A stretch of 64,000 bases of DNA from Nanobdellota archaeon (GTDB lineage Archaea; Nanobdellota; Nanobdellia; Woesearchaeales; WJKV01). The stretch is taken from positions 33,693-97,692 of the forward strand of contig JAGLWF010000001.1 in assembly GCA_023133595.1 (NCBI GenBank). The letters are read 5' to 3'. The position numbers and the translations under genes are program-made. Of the stretch, positions 38,568 through 47,076 are shown piece after piece. Each line of letters begins with the position of its first letter. The stretch's first letter is position 1. The notes below the pieces were generated by a model. The model saw only the letters and a program-made list of their open reading frames with translations, did no database searches and had not been told where the DNA came from.

Positions 38568-39692
38568 ATGCATGTGCTATATCTGAAATGTTTTGAATGC
38601 GGAAAGACTTATCTTGATACAAGACCAAGATACAGATGCGATTGTGGAGATCCTCTTGATATTGTTTATAATTATAATGAAATAAAAAGAAAAATCAGCT
38701 GGACTAAATTAAGAAAAAGGAAATTTGGCCACTGGCGTTATATAGAATTTTATCCAATAATCAAGAACAAAAACATCATTTCTCTTGGTGAGGGTGCAAC
38801 GCCACTTGTGAAAGCTAGAAGATTGTGCAAAAAGAAACCAACATTGAACAACCTATACTTTAAATGTGAAGGTGAGAATCAAACTGGTTCATTCAAAGAT
38901 AGAGGGACTACAGTAGAATTATCAAAAGCATTGGAATTCGGTGCAAAAAAGATTGTTGTTGCCTCGACAGGAAATATGGGCGCATCAATTTCAGCATATT
39001 CTGCAGCAGCTGGAATCAAAGCAAAAATCTATGTGCCAAAAGGCGCTCCAAAAGAGAAACTGCAACAAATCAAGAATTATGGTGCCAAAGTCGTTAATGT
39101 GGATGGCACATATAAGAAAGCAGCAGAACTGGCCTACAGAGATTTTAAGTCTGGCAAAGCATACCTCATGGGAGATTATGCTTATCGTGGAGAAGGAGAA
39201 AAATCTATTGCTTATGAAATAATGGACAAGATCAATGCCAAGTATATCATCTGTCCAATCGGCAACGGAACTTTGATAAGTGGTGTATGGAAAGGTCTAA
39301 AGGAGTTGAAAGCTGTTGGTCTTATCAAGAAACTGCCCATACTTATTGGTGTCCAGGCTACTGGTTGTTCTCCTGTTGTCACAGCATATCAAAAATATAA
39401 AGAAATCGTTCCTGTCAAGCCAAGGACAATAGCTTCTGCAATTGCATGCGGAGATCCGTCTGACGGAGATAAAGCACTTGTTGCATTATTCGAGAGCAAA
39501 GGTCATGGTGTGACTGTGGATGATAAAGATATATTAGCTGCTCGAAGAGAAATGGCAAAGAACGAAGGATTGGATTGTGAACCTAGTGGTGCTGTTGCAT
39601 ATGCTGGATTGAAGAAATTGAAATTGCCAAAGAATGCAATAAAAGTAGCTGTTGTGACTGGGCATGGCCTTAAAGATTTGAAGAATGTCTGA
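38568..39692 (+). CDS. thrC: Threonine synthase with an N-terminal zinc ribbon
   Basis: PLP-lysine motif GSFKDRG. N-terminal CFECG...CDCG. Fold-type II PLP enzyme layout. Confidence 0.8.
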   Translation: MHVLYLKCFECGKTYLDTRPRYRCDCGDPLDIVYNYNEIKRKISWTKLRKRKFGHWRYIEFYPIIKNKNIISLGEGATPLVKARRLCKKKPTLNNLYFKCEGENQTGSFKDRGTTVELSKALEFGAKKIVVASTGNMGASISAYSAAAGIKAKIYVPKGAPKEKLQQIKNYGAKVVNVDGTYKKAAELAYRDFKSGKAYLMGDYAYRGEGEKSIAYEIMDKINAKYIICPIGNGTLISGVWKGLKELKAVGLIKKLPILIGVQATGCSPVVTAYQKYKEIVPVKPRTIASAIACGDPSDGDKALVALFESKGHGVTVDDKDILAARREMAKNEGLDCEPSGAVAYAGLKKLKLPKNAIKVAVVTGHGLKDLKNV

Positions 39693-39700
39693 TTTTACTA

Positions 39701-40762
39701 TTATTTCTTTATCACTTTCAGGAATCGTTTCACACTTTCTCTTGAATCCTGCTGTTTGAATCCAGGATATTTCCTTGCGATTTGAACATCACGCTTCAGC
39801 TTCAGCTTCTTTTGAGGTACTGAATAATACGTTCCCATGCGCTGATGATAATCACTCAAGTAGATTTGTTCAGTCTGCCCAAGTGTAGGAATGTATAAAG
39901 CTTTTTTACCTAAATGCGCTAGATCCATCATTGTTGTATATCCTGAGCGGGAAATTACTAATTTTGCACGATTCATCATCTCCTGCTGTTGCTTTACACT
40001 CAAACACGAGTGAATAAGAACATTATCTTTTCTTTTTGTAAATTCCAGTTCTGGCTTTCCCAGTGTTATAACCACATCTCCATCAAGATCTTTTGCTTGC
40101 TTGAGAACTTTCTCCTGAAAGATTGTTCGCTGCGGTTCTGGACCAGAGATAGAGATGAAATAATCAATATCTTGCTTTACCTTCATCCTTTCCATTGAAG
40201 ATAAGATCCCTAGATATTCAACGTCGTATTCGTCAAAGAATTTGAGATTATGTGATAAGTCCCCAGTCATATTAAATCCCTTATTATCTGGAACAAGAAC
40301 TTTTTTAAATTCACGAGAAAGTGCATAATTCATCACTTCCATTGTATTTTCAGCAAACTTGATCCGTTTTGGCACAATAAACCTTAGTTGATGTGACATA
40401 AAATAGCATGGAACCCGTTTGCTTGAAAAACCATATCTACAATCAGCAACAACAAGATCGTATCTATTTTTATGGAGCAATTGTCTGAACCGGCGTCTTT
40501 CCTGCTTCACAGCTTTAAACATCCTAGGAAGATAACTTGTGAATTTAATCGGAAAAAGCATTGCTTTCTTAGTATATGGCAAAGGATAGTCTGGGAAATC
40601 TATGAAATGGCATTCTGGAACTTCTTTTTTTAAGAATTCGAGCGAGCGTCCGCTTGTCGCAATAGTCACACTATGCTTTTTACGCAACAATGCCTTGATC
40701 AAAGGCAAATCTCGAGTTGCGTGACCTAACCCCCAGGTACATGTTCCAAAAAGTACATTCAT
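39701..40762 (-). CDS. GT-B-fold glycosyltransferase (MurG/UGT-like, family 1/28)
   Basis: N-terminal TWGLGHATR (a G-x-G-H loop). C-terminal SRSGYTTMMDLAHLGKKALYIPT resembles the MurG/UGT donor-binding region. Confidence 0.5.
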   Translation of the reverse strand: MNVLFGTCTWGLGHATRDLPLIKALLRKKHSVTIATSGRSLEFLKKEVPECHFIDFPDYPLPYTKKAMLFPIKFTSYLPRMFKAVKQERRRFRQLLHKNRYDLVVADCRYGFSSKRVPCYFMSHQLRFIVPKRIKFAENTMEVMNYALSREFKKVLVPDNKGFNMTGDLSHNLKFFDEYDVEYLGILSSMERMKVKQDIDYFISISGPEPQRTIFQEKVLKQAKDLDGDVVITLGKPELEFTKRKDNVLIHSCLSVKQQQEMMNRAKLVISRSGYTTMMDLAHLGKKALYIPTLGQTEQIYLSDYHQRMGTYYSVPQKKLKLKRDVQIARKYPGFKQQDSRESVKRFLKVIKK

Positions 40763-42222
40763 TTGCTAACTCCCAATACAACACAGTATCTATCTTCAAA
40801 GACTGGTGCTATTCCCTCCGAAGACAACAAATATTTAAGCATGTCGGGCAGTGTCTTTTTCATTATTACAAAGCGGGAATCAAAGTCTTGGCTGATGGTT
40901 TTTGCTGGATTCGGGTCCTTCATTGTAGTCAAATCATTGTATTTTTCGTACAGGACAGGATCATATTCCCAAAGATATAATGGATCAAGACCATAGACGT
41001 AAGTATTCTTATCATTGAAAAAGAAGATCGGAGGAAAATCTGAATACAGTGTAAAAATTGTCTCACCTCTTTTAGTCTGGCCTGCTGTCCATAACGCACA
41101 GGGCTCAAACAGATATGATGGATAGCTTTCAGCATCCTTTTTTATTATCTTCACTGTCTTATCCAGATTCAGGTAAATGAACGGAGCTGAAATAAGTATT
41201 AGGATTATTAATAATATGGGCATCGAGAGTTTTATCTTCTCCTTGTTTTTTTCAATAAAATTCTTAATGTCCATACTAGATATCAAGCCCAAACCAATCA
41301 GTGTGAATGGAACCCAGTATTCAAAGAACCTTTTTGCCTTAAATGTCATGATCAAAAATACCAAGGCAAGAAGAAACAAAGAAGCATATTCCTTGAACCT
41401 TCTTCTTCGGATAAACACTAGAAAACTTATCAGGAAACAGATGGCTGTGAACCAAAATATTGTTATTGCCAGCCACCAGGGATCAAAAGGTATTGAATCC
41501 AGAGAACGGAATAACAGCTGGACCGGCCATAATAATACTTTGATCTGTATCCATAAAAGAGAGAGATTATGCGGAAAATATGGATGAATACTGCTTCCTG
41601 TTGCAAGCCCCAGAAAGCAGTATAATGGTAGCTTATAGTTTAATTTCTTTTTATATAAAAGGTTCACAAGAACAACCAGAACGCATGCTCCAAACAGCAG
41701 GGGAAAAGAGGAATATGCCCATGCAAATAGAATTGAGAGTACGAACAAATGCTTATATCTCTTCTCAAGAATAAAATCCAAGCCTAATATCAGGAATATC
41801 ACGCCGACCTGGAATCCGCGCGAAAAGCTTGCTCTTGCAAGGTATAATGGAGAAGATGCAAAAAATAGGAGCGACCAGAAGAATGCCAGATCAACCTTTC
41901 TTTTCCGCAAGAACCAATATATCAATGTTGGGACTAAAGCTGAGAGAACAACAGCTGCCAGTTTTGCACCATAATTAAGATTAAAGTAGGTAAACGGAAT
42001 AAGGAAGAAATGGTACAAAACATTAGTATCTGCTTCTGAAAAAACAGAGAACTTCCAGAACGGCTGGCCAGAGAAAAGGCCGTTATCTTTCAGATATTCT
42101 GCATATTTGATATGAAAATAACTGTCATTGCCAATCACTGTTGGAACTGAAAATTGCACATAATAAAGCAGTGCAAAGAAAAGAATGAATGCCAATATTA
42201 TCTTGAGATCAGACTTATTCAT
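40759..42222 (-). CDS. Polytopic membrane protein, possibly a GT-C-fold glycosyltransferase (ArnT/PMT-like)
   Basis: 487 aa with about 11 TM helices. Overlaps the downstream GT-B gene by 4 nt. No OST WWDYG motif. Confidence 0.4.
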   Translation of the reverse strand: MNKSDLKIILAFILFFALLYYVQFSVPTVIGNDSYFHIKYAEYLKDNGLFSGQPFWKFSVFSEADTNVLYHFFLIPFTYFNLNYGAKLAAVVLSALVPTLIYWFLRKRKVDLAFFWSLLFFASSPLYLARASFSRGFQVGVIFLILGLDFILEKRYKHLFVLSILFAWAYSSFPLLFGACVLVVLVNLLYKKKLNYKLPLYCFLGLATGSSIHPYFPHNLSLLWIQIKVLLWPVQLLFRSLDSIPFDPWWLAITIFWFTAICFLISFLVFIRRRRFKEYASLFLLALVFLIMTFKAKRFFEYWVPFTLIGLGLISSMDIKNFIEKNKEKIKLSMPILLIILILISAPFIYLNLDKTVKIIKKDAESYPSYLFEPCALWTAGQTKRGETIFTLYSDFPPIFFFNDKNTYVYGLDPLYLWEYDPVLYEKYNDLTTMKDPNPAKTISQDFDSRFVIMKKTLPDMLKYLLSSEGIAPVFEDRYCVVLGVSK

Positions 42223-42261
42223 ACCCTAGAATTTGGTGTTTTTGTATATAAATTTATGTGT

Positions 42262-42480
42262 ATAATGTATGTGCATAGCACCTAGCGTAGTCTTAGAAGG
42301 ATACACTTTAGTAACATAGACTCGGCTTAATGATATATTTCTGATGCGAACGAAGCGTGCTATGCATAAAAGCAATTGCTGCGTCCTGCTCGACGTTGCT
42401 CTTAGCTTTGGAAGACGAGTCTATATATCTCGCACAAAAAGTCAGAAGGCGACACTGGGCAGCAATTGCTATGCACATAC
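42262..42480. repeat. Composite copy B of the palindromic-ended element: an inverted full copy (42267-42368) plus a 5'-truncated direct copy (42365-42480) sharing a central arm
   Basis: gtatgtgcatagcac at 42267-42281 is the exact reverse complement of ttgctatgcacatac (42466-42480), apart from 1 nt. The internal arm is gtgctatgcat at 42355-42365. The ggaagacgagtcta motif is present. Confidence 0.55.
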
Positions 42481-42510
42481 CGTATAATAAAAAGAAAAAA
42501 GAAAAAGAAT

Positions 42511-43050
42511 CTATTTTATCAGAACCAAATTTGTTGCTACCATCTGATTTTTTCCTGCTTTTTTTAGGTCAAACTTGACATGGTCGTATCTGTTGAAATC
42601 CTCATGGGTTGCCACAAATCCAAATTTGAAAGCACTGTTATCTTTTTTGATAAAACCATAGTCATATCTGCCATTATAACTTAATCGTACGATTCTACCA
42701 GTTCTTTTGCCAGTAAAGGTTTTTGCTTGCGGTTTTTCTGTCTGTGCTATCAATCTTGCAGGAATCTTCTTTATCCTGACTGGTATTGGTTGCTTCAAGA
42801 CCGGTTCTATCTGATCTTTTTCTGGCCCGTAAGTTCCAAACCGCGATGTTGATGTCGGGGTCCATTTTTTGGACCGGATTGCCTTAAAGACTTTCTTTCC
42901 AGAATAACTTGGAACTTCAATATACCTTTCTTCGTATTGCTCTTTTTCTGCAGGCACATTATATTTATGATAGTCTGTTATTGCTAAAGCGCCTGTTGAA
43001 AGAACTAATAAGAAAACCAGTAATACTCCTGCAATCAAATGTATTTTCAT
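42511..43050 (-). CDS. Secreted hypothetical protein with an N-terminal signal peptide
   Basis: MKIHLIAGVLLVFLLVLSTGALA followed by a hydrophilic Lys-rich domain. Confidence 0.5.
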   Translation of the reverse strand: MKIHLIAGVLLVFLLVLSTGALAITDYHKYNVPAEKEQYEERYIEVPSYSGKKVFKAIRSKKWTPTSTSRFGTYGPEKDQIEPVLKQPIPVRIKKIPARLIAQTEKPQAKTFTGKRTGRIVRLSYNGRYDYGFIKKDNSAFKFGFVATHEDFNRYDHVKFDLKKAGKNQMVATNLVLIK

Positions 43051-43149
43051 GGTATTACACCCCCTTTTAGAGAAAAAATGTCCCTATAGTATATAAATGT
43101 TATGATAAGTTAGAGAAGAAAAAAGAAAAAAAATAAAGAGATTTTCTAT

Positions 43150-43635
43150 TTACCTTCTCCTCTTTTTTCTCTTGGTGGTTTTCTTTTTCTTCTTTACTTT
43201 CTTCTTTGTCTTTCGCTTTACTTTTCTCTTCTTCACTTTCTTCTTTGCTTTTCTCTTAGGTTTCTTCTTTGCCTTTCTCTTCTTCACTTTCTTCTTTGCT
43301 TTTCTCTTAGGTTTCTTTTTTGCTTTTCTCTTCTTCACTTTCTTCTTTGTCTTTCGCTTTACTTTTCTCTTCTTTGCCTTTTTCTTAGCTTTTTTCTTTC
43401 GTCGCTTTCCACCACGAGCCATCTTTACCATAGCTACATCTCCAGCTTTGTCGATGAAGTATAGATAGCCAGGTTTTCGCTTTACGCCAACTTTAGCAAC
43501 TATGGTTTGCCTCTGTTTGCCTTTTTTACCGCCACCTCTGGACATTTTAGCCATAGCTACATTTCCTCTCTTGTCCAAGAAGTAAAGGTATCCTTTTTTT
43601 CGTTTGACACCAACTTTTGCTACTTTTGTTGCCAT
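43150..43635 (-). CDS. Basic protein with a duplicated ~35-aa N-terminal motif (VAKVGVKRKxGYLYFxDKxGxVAMxKMxRGG) and a long Lys/Arg-rich tail; putative nucleoid/chromatin protein
   Basis: 161 aa. GAGGTGAT RBS. The tail contains the direct repeat KKKVKKRKAKKKPKRKAKKKVKKRK. A consensus promoter (aaacatttaaatatg) is at 43650-43690. Confidence 0.6.
   Translation of the reverse strand: MATKVAKVGVKRKKGYLYFLDKRGNVAMAKMSRGGGKKGKQRQTIVAKVGVKRKPGYLYFIDKAGDVAMVKMARGGKRRKKKAKKKAKKRKVKRKTKKKVKKRKAKKKPKRKAKKKVKKRKAKKKPKRKAKKKVKKRKVKRKTKKKVKKKKKTTKRKKRRR
43190..43400. repeat. Tandem DNA repeats encoding the KR-rich tail
   Basis: The ~54-nt unit tcttcactttcttctttgcttttctcttaggtttctt... occurs twice, with partial copies flanking. 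Confidence 0.6.
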
Positions 43636-43766
43636 TGGATATCACCTCTCAAATATATAAAAAACAGAAATCATATTTAAATGTTTTCCTTTTTTCTCGT
43701 CGAGCCCTCGTCGGAACACCGAGGAGATCTCGAGGAAGATTAGTAATTGCACGATAGTGTCAAAAA

Positions 43767-43901
43767 CGGACCTGGGGGGATTCGAACCCCCGACCTACAG
43801 CTTTCCACCAAAAAGTTAGGAGGCTGTTGCCCTATTTACCCTACCGGGCAAATCCGACAAATCCTGTCGAATTTGTAGTATCCAGGCTAGGCTACAGGTC
43901 C
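43767..43901 (-). tRNA. tRNA-Arg (anticodon CCU) containing two introns: ~46 nt in the D-loop and ~14 nt in the anticodon loop
   Basis: Acceptor GGACCUG/CAGGUCC with discriminator G. T-arm GGGGG-UUCGAAU-CCCCC. Variable loop AGGUC. Anticodon stem ACAGC/GCUGU enclosing CUCCUAA plus 14 nt. D-stem GCCU/GGGC separated by 55 nt. Total length 135 nt. Confidence 0.65.
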
Positions 43902-43935
43902 ATAAAACAAAAAGAGAAGCAGTGGATTAAAAAGT

Positions 43936-45300
43936 TTACCTCTTTTTTCGAGGCTTTTTCGCCTTTTTGACAAGCTTTTTCTTTGCTTTTGGCTTGACCT
44001 TTACTTTCTTCTTTTCTTTCTTTGCTTTGCCAATTACCTTGATTCCATTCATATAGGGCACTAAAACTGCTGGAACCTTGATTGTACTGTCTTTCTGCTG
44101 GTAATTCTCAAGAACAGCGACTAAGGCTCTTGATGTCGGAAGGGCGGTTGCATTCAGCGCGTGTACCAGAGCTTTCTGACCACCAACTCTTCCAGATTTT
44201 ATGTTCAATCGCCTGGTCTGATAATCTGTACAATTCGACGCAGAAAAGATCTCGCAATACTTTCCCTGGCGCGGAGACCAGTATTCAGTATCATACTTTT
44301 TTGCAGCAACCTGACCGAAATCTCCAGCACATACATTGACAACGCGATATGGAATCTTTAGCGCCCTCAGTATCCCTTCACCATTCTTTACTAATTCTTC
44401 ATGAAGCTTCCAGCTATCCTCTGGCTTGCATATTATCACCTGTTCAACTTTATTGAACTGGTGCGTCCTAAATAATCCTTTTGTATCGATTCCGCGAGAA
44501 CCGATCTCACGCCTGAAGCACATGCTATATCCTGTTAGCTTGATCGGAAGAGATTTGTCATCTATAACCTCGTTCATGTACTGCCCTACTAAAGGATGCT
44601 CTGAAGTAGCAATAAGATAAAGATCATTGCCATCAATCTTGTACATAACAGTCTCAAAGTCTCCTAGATCAACCACTCCTTCGTATGATTTACGATTCAT
44701 CATCAAAGGAGGCTCTACCAAGGTATATCCTTTTTTGATCATGAAATCTATTGTAAACCTCAATAATGCCTGATTCAACATTGCTAATCCTCCTTTCAGG
44801 AAATAGAAACCACGGCCAGCTAATTTTGCGCTTCTCTCAAAATCAAGGATGTTTAATTGCTCCCCAAGCTCGACATGATTTTTCAATGGAAATTTTGATT
44901 TCTTTGCAACACCCCATTTCCGCACTTCAACATTATCTGCATCATCCTTGCCATAAGGTACAGATTCGTGCAAAAGATTTGGAATAGCCATCATATCTGC
45001 TCGAATCTCCTTCCTAAGCTTCAGCTCTTTTGCATCTGCATCTATAATCTTCTTTGGAAGAGCTTTCATCTCTTTGATCTTTGTATCGATCTTCTTTCCT
45101 TTCTTCTTTAGTTCGCGGATCTCAAGTGTGATAGAATTCTTCTTGTGCCTCAATTGCTGAAGCCCGTATGTCAATTTGCGCCATTCTGCATCCTTTTTTC
45201 TGACATCATCAACTTTCTTCAGAAGTTCAGGTTGCTTTCTTTTTTTCAGGTTTTTCTTGACCTTTTCTGGCTCATTACGTATCAGATTTATGTCTATCAT
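43936..45300 (-). CDS. serS: Seryl-tRNA synthetase with a ~30-aa Lys-rich C-terminal extension
   Basis: N-terminal coiled-coil arm. Class II motifs (FRREIGS; GLFRTHQF). Tail GKAKKEKKKVKVKPKAKKKLVKKAKKPRKKR. Confidence 0.85.
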   Translation of the reverse strand: MIDINLIRNEPEKVKKNLKKRKQPELLKKVDDVRKKDAEWRKLTYGLQQLRHKKNSITLEIRELKKKGKKIDTKIKEMKALPKKIIDADAKELKLRKEIRADMMAIPNLLHESVPYGKDDADNVEVRKWGVAKKSKFPLKNHVELGEQLNILDFERSAKLAGRGFYFLKGGLAMLNQALLRFTIDFMIKKGYTLVEPPLMMNRKSYEGVVDLGDFETVMYKIDGNDLYLIATSEHPLVGQYMNEVIDDKSLPIKLTGYSMCFRREIGSRGIDTKGLFRTHQFNKVEQVIICKPEDSWKLHEELVKNGEGILRALKIPYRVVNVCAGDFGQVAAKKYDTEYWSPRQGKYCEIFSASNCTDYQTRRLNIKSGRVGGQKALVHALNATALPTSRALVAVLENYQQKDSTIKVPAVLVPYMNGIKVIGKAKKEKKKVKVKPKAKKKLVKKAKKPRKKR

Positions 45301-45343
45301 TATCTTAAATAGTACAAAAGGATGGTATATAAACTTTTTGCTA

Positions 45344-46330
45344 TTATTCTACGTCCTCAAGAAGCCAGTCAAGCACCTGTCTGAACACATTCTGGCTACA
45401 TTTCTTCTTTGCTTTCTTCTTACCTTTGGTCACTGTTTTTGCTTTGCTTTTCTTCTCAACCTTTTCCAGATGGGATATTCTTCGCTCAAGTTTATCTAAA
45501 TCTTTCTCAACAGAAGTAAGATCCGAATCCATATCTTTTAATCCTTTTGAATATCCAGAGAATTGCTCTTTATTGTTTTGCAGAAGTGCCTTAAACTCAT
45601 TTCGCAAAGGCAAAACATTCTGGACATCTTTCTTCAGTTTGATGAATTCTCCAGTATTCTTGTTGAATCCACGTCGCATATCATCTACTTCTTTGATAGA
45701 AGCAAGCATATCAACTTTTTTCTTCAACGCGACAAGAACAAGAACATCTTTCTCTATCTCTTTTATCCATTTTTCAAATTTATCAAAATTATACTTTGTC
45801 AGTGCTTTTTTCTTGAAGTCGATGAAATCTTCTTTTAGAACATTGAATGATTTACCTGCGGAACCCAAAGCTTCCAACTCTTTCTTAAGATTATTGACCT
45901 GGCTTTCGACTTTTGCCAAATCTATCTTTCGGACATGGCGAGAAGAAAGTATGTCATCGATCTGCTTGATCTTTTCATTGTATTCTTTTTTATCGACAGT
46001 CTCTGCTAATTTTTTTGTGACATTCTCAAATTTGTTTTTTACCTCTTTTTCTGATGCTGATGTCTTGAGCAAAGTTGTCATATCACCCACTTTCCTCTGA
46101 AGATTGACAAAATCTTTATTGAAGTTAAATAATACTGCAACACGCTCGTCTGCAAGAAGCAGTTTGCCAAATTCTTTTGTCACAAACTTTTGAAAGCCTG
46201 AAAATTCCCCGCGAAATTGATTTACATCTTTGTTTACATTCTTGAAAGCCTGCTTTAGTTTCTTATCTAAGAATGTAAGTTCAAATTTTGGATTGAATTC
46301 TTCTCCATTATTCATCTTTTCCCCCTCCAT
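45344..46330 (-). CDS. Hypothetical coiled-coil protein with a Lys-rich C-terminal region
   Basis: 328 aa, heptad-rich. C-terminal KKSKAKTVTKGKKKAKKK. Confidence 0.5.
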   Translation of the reverse strand: MEGEKMNNGEEFNPKFELTFLDKKLKQAFKNVNKDVNQFRGEFSGFQKFVTKEFGKLLLADERVAVLFNFNKDFVNLQRKVGDMTTLLKTSASEKEVKNKFENVTKKLAETVDKKEYNEKIKQIDDILSSRHVRKIDLAKVESQVNNLKKELEALGSAGKSFNVLKEDFIDFKKKALTKYNFDKFEKWIKEIEKDVLVLVALKKKVDMLASIKEVDDMRRGFNKNTGEFIKLKKDVQNVLPLRNEFKALLQNNKEQFSGYSKGLKDMDSDLTSVEKDLDKLERRISHLEKVEKKSKAKTVTKGKKKAKKKCSQNVFRQVLDWLLEDVE

Positions 46331-46354
46331 AGATAGATAAAATGAAAACTATGA

Positions 46355-46864
46355 TTATTTGACCAGCGCTAATTTTCTCTCGAGTTGAAGGACTTTGCGC
46401 GACAATTTCATTAATTCGTTTTCCACTTTTGATAATTTTTCTAATTCCTTCCTCAGCTTGATAAGCTGCGCTGTTTCTTTTCTGAATTTGTCAACCTGGC
46501 TGCTGAAATGAGAATATTGCTTTTTTGTCAGCGACACTTTGTCTAATTGTGAAAAATGTTCAAGCATATAGTTGAATTGTTCATTTTTTGAGAGCAGTTT
46601 ATCAAATTGTTTTATTTTCAGCATCTGATTCTTGATAGCATTTATCTTAGATTCTATTTTTTTCAGGACAGCTGCAATCACCGCTTCTTTTGTCGGCATC
46701 TGAGCTTGCAGTTCTACTACTTTCTTTTTTAATTGAGAATTCTCACGAGATATTTTCTGAATCTGTTTATCTTCTTTCTCTTTAAATTCATTGAATTCTT
46801 TTCTCAATTCAGAAACAACTTTTGTTAAATCATCCCCCTTTCCCATACTACTCCGAGGTAGCAC
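46355..46864 (-). CDS. Hypothetical coiled-coil protein
   Basis: 169 aa, heptad-rich. SD-like sequence ahead of the ATG. Confidence 0.5.
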   Translation of the reverse strand: MLPRSSMGKGDDLTKVVSELRKEFNEFKEKEDKQIQKISRENSQLKKKVVELQAQMPTKEAVIAAVLKKIESKINAIKNQMLKIKQFDKLLSKNEQFNYMLEHFSQLDKVSLTKKQYSHFSSQVDKFRKETAQLIKLRKELEKLSKVENELMKLSRKVLQLERKLALVK

Positions 46865-46935
46865 ACAAATATATAAGCTTTTTGTTTTGATTCTAGCAAG
46901 ATTTATAAAAAGATAATTTTACTAAATCATATTAT

Positions 46936-47009
46936 GGGGACATAGTTTAACCTGGCTAGAGCGGCCGGCTCCAGACCGGCAAATCGGGGTTCAAATCCCC
47001 GTGTCCCCA
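46936..47009 (+). tRNA. tRNA-Trp (anticodon CCA), no intron, CCA not encoded
   Basis: Acceptor GGGGACA/UGUCCCC with discriminator A. Anticodon arm GCCGG-CUCCAGA-CCGGC. T-arm CGGGG-UUCAAAU-CCCCG. aaatatataagc TATA about 55 nt upstream. Confidence 0.8.
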
Positions 47010-47076
47010 TTTTATAGTCCCAGTAATTTTAAATAATGAAGATATTTCTCTCGAAAAGTGGAGCGGGGGTTTAAAA

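Noticed and set aside
43172-43468. 98-aa poly-Phe ORF on the plus strand
   Set aside because: Antisense of the KR-rich tail repeats of the 43150-43635 gene.
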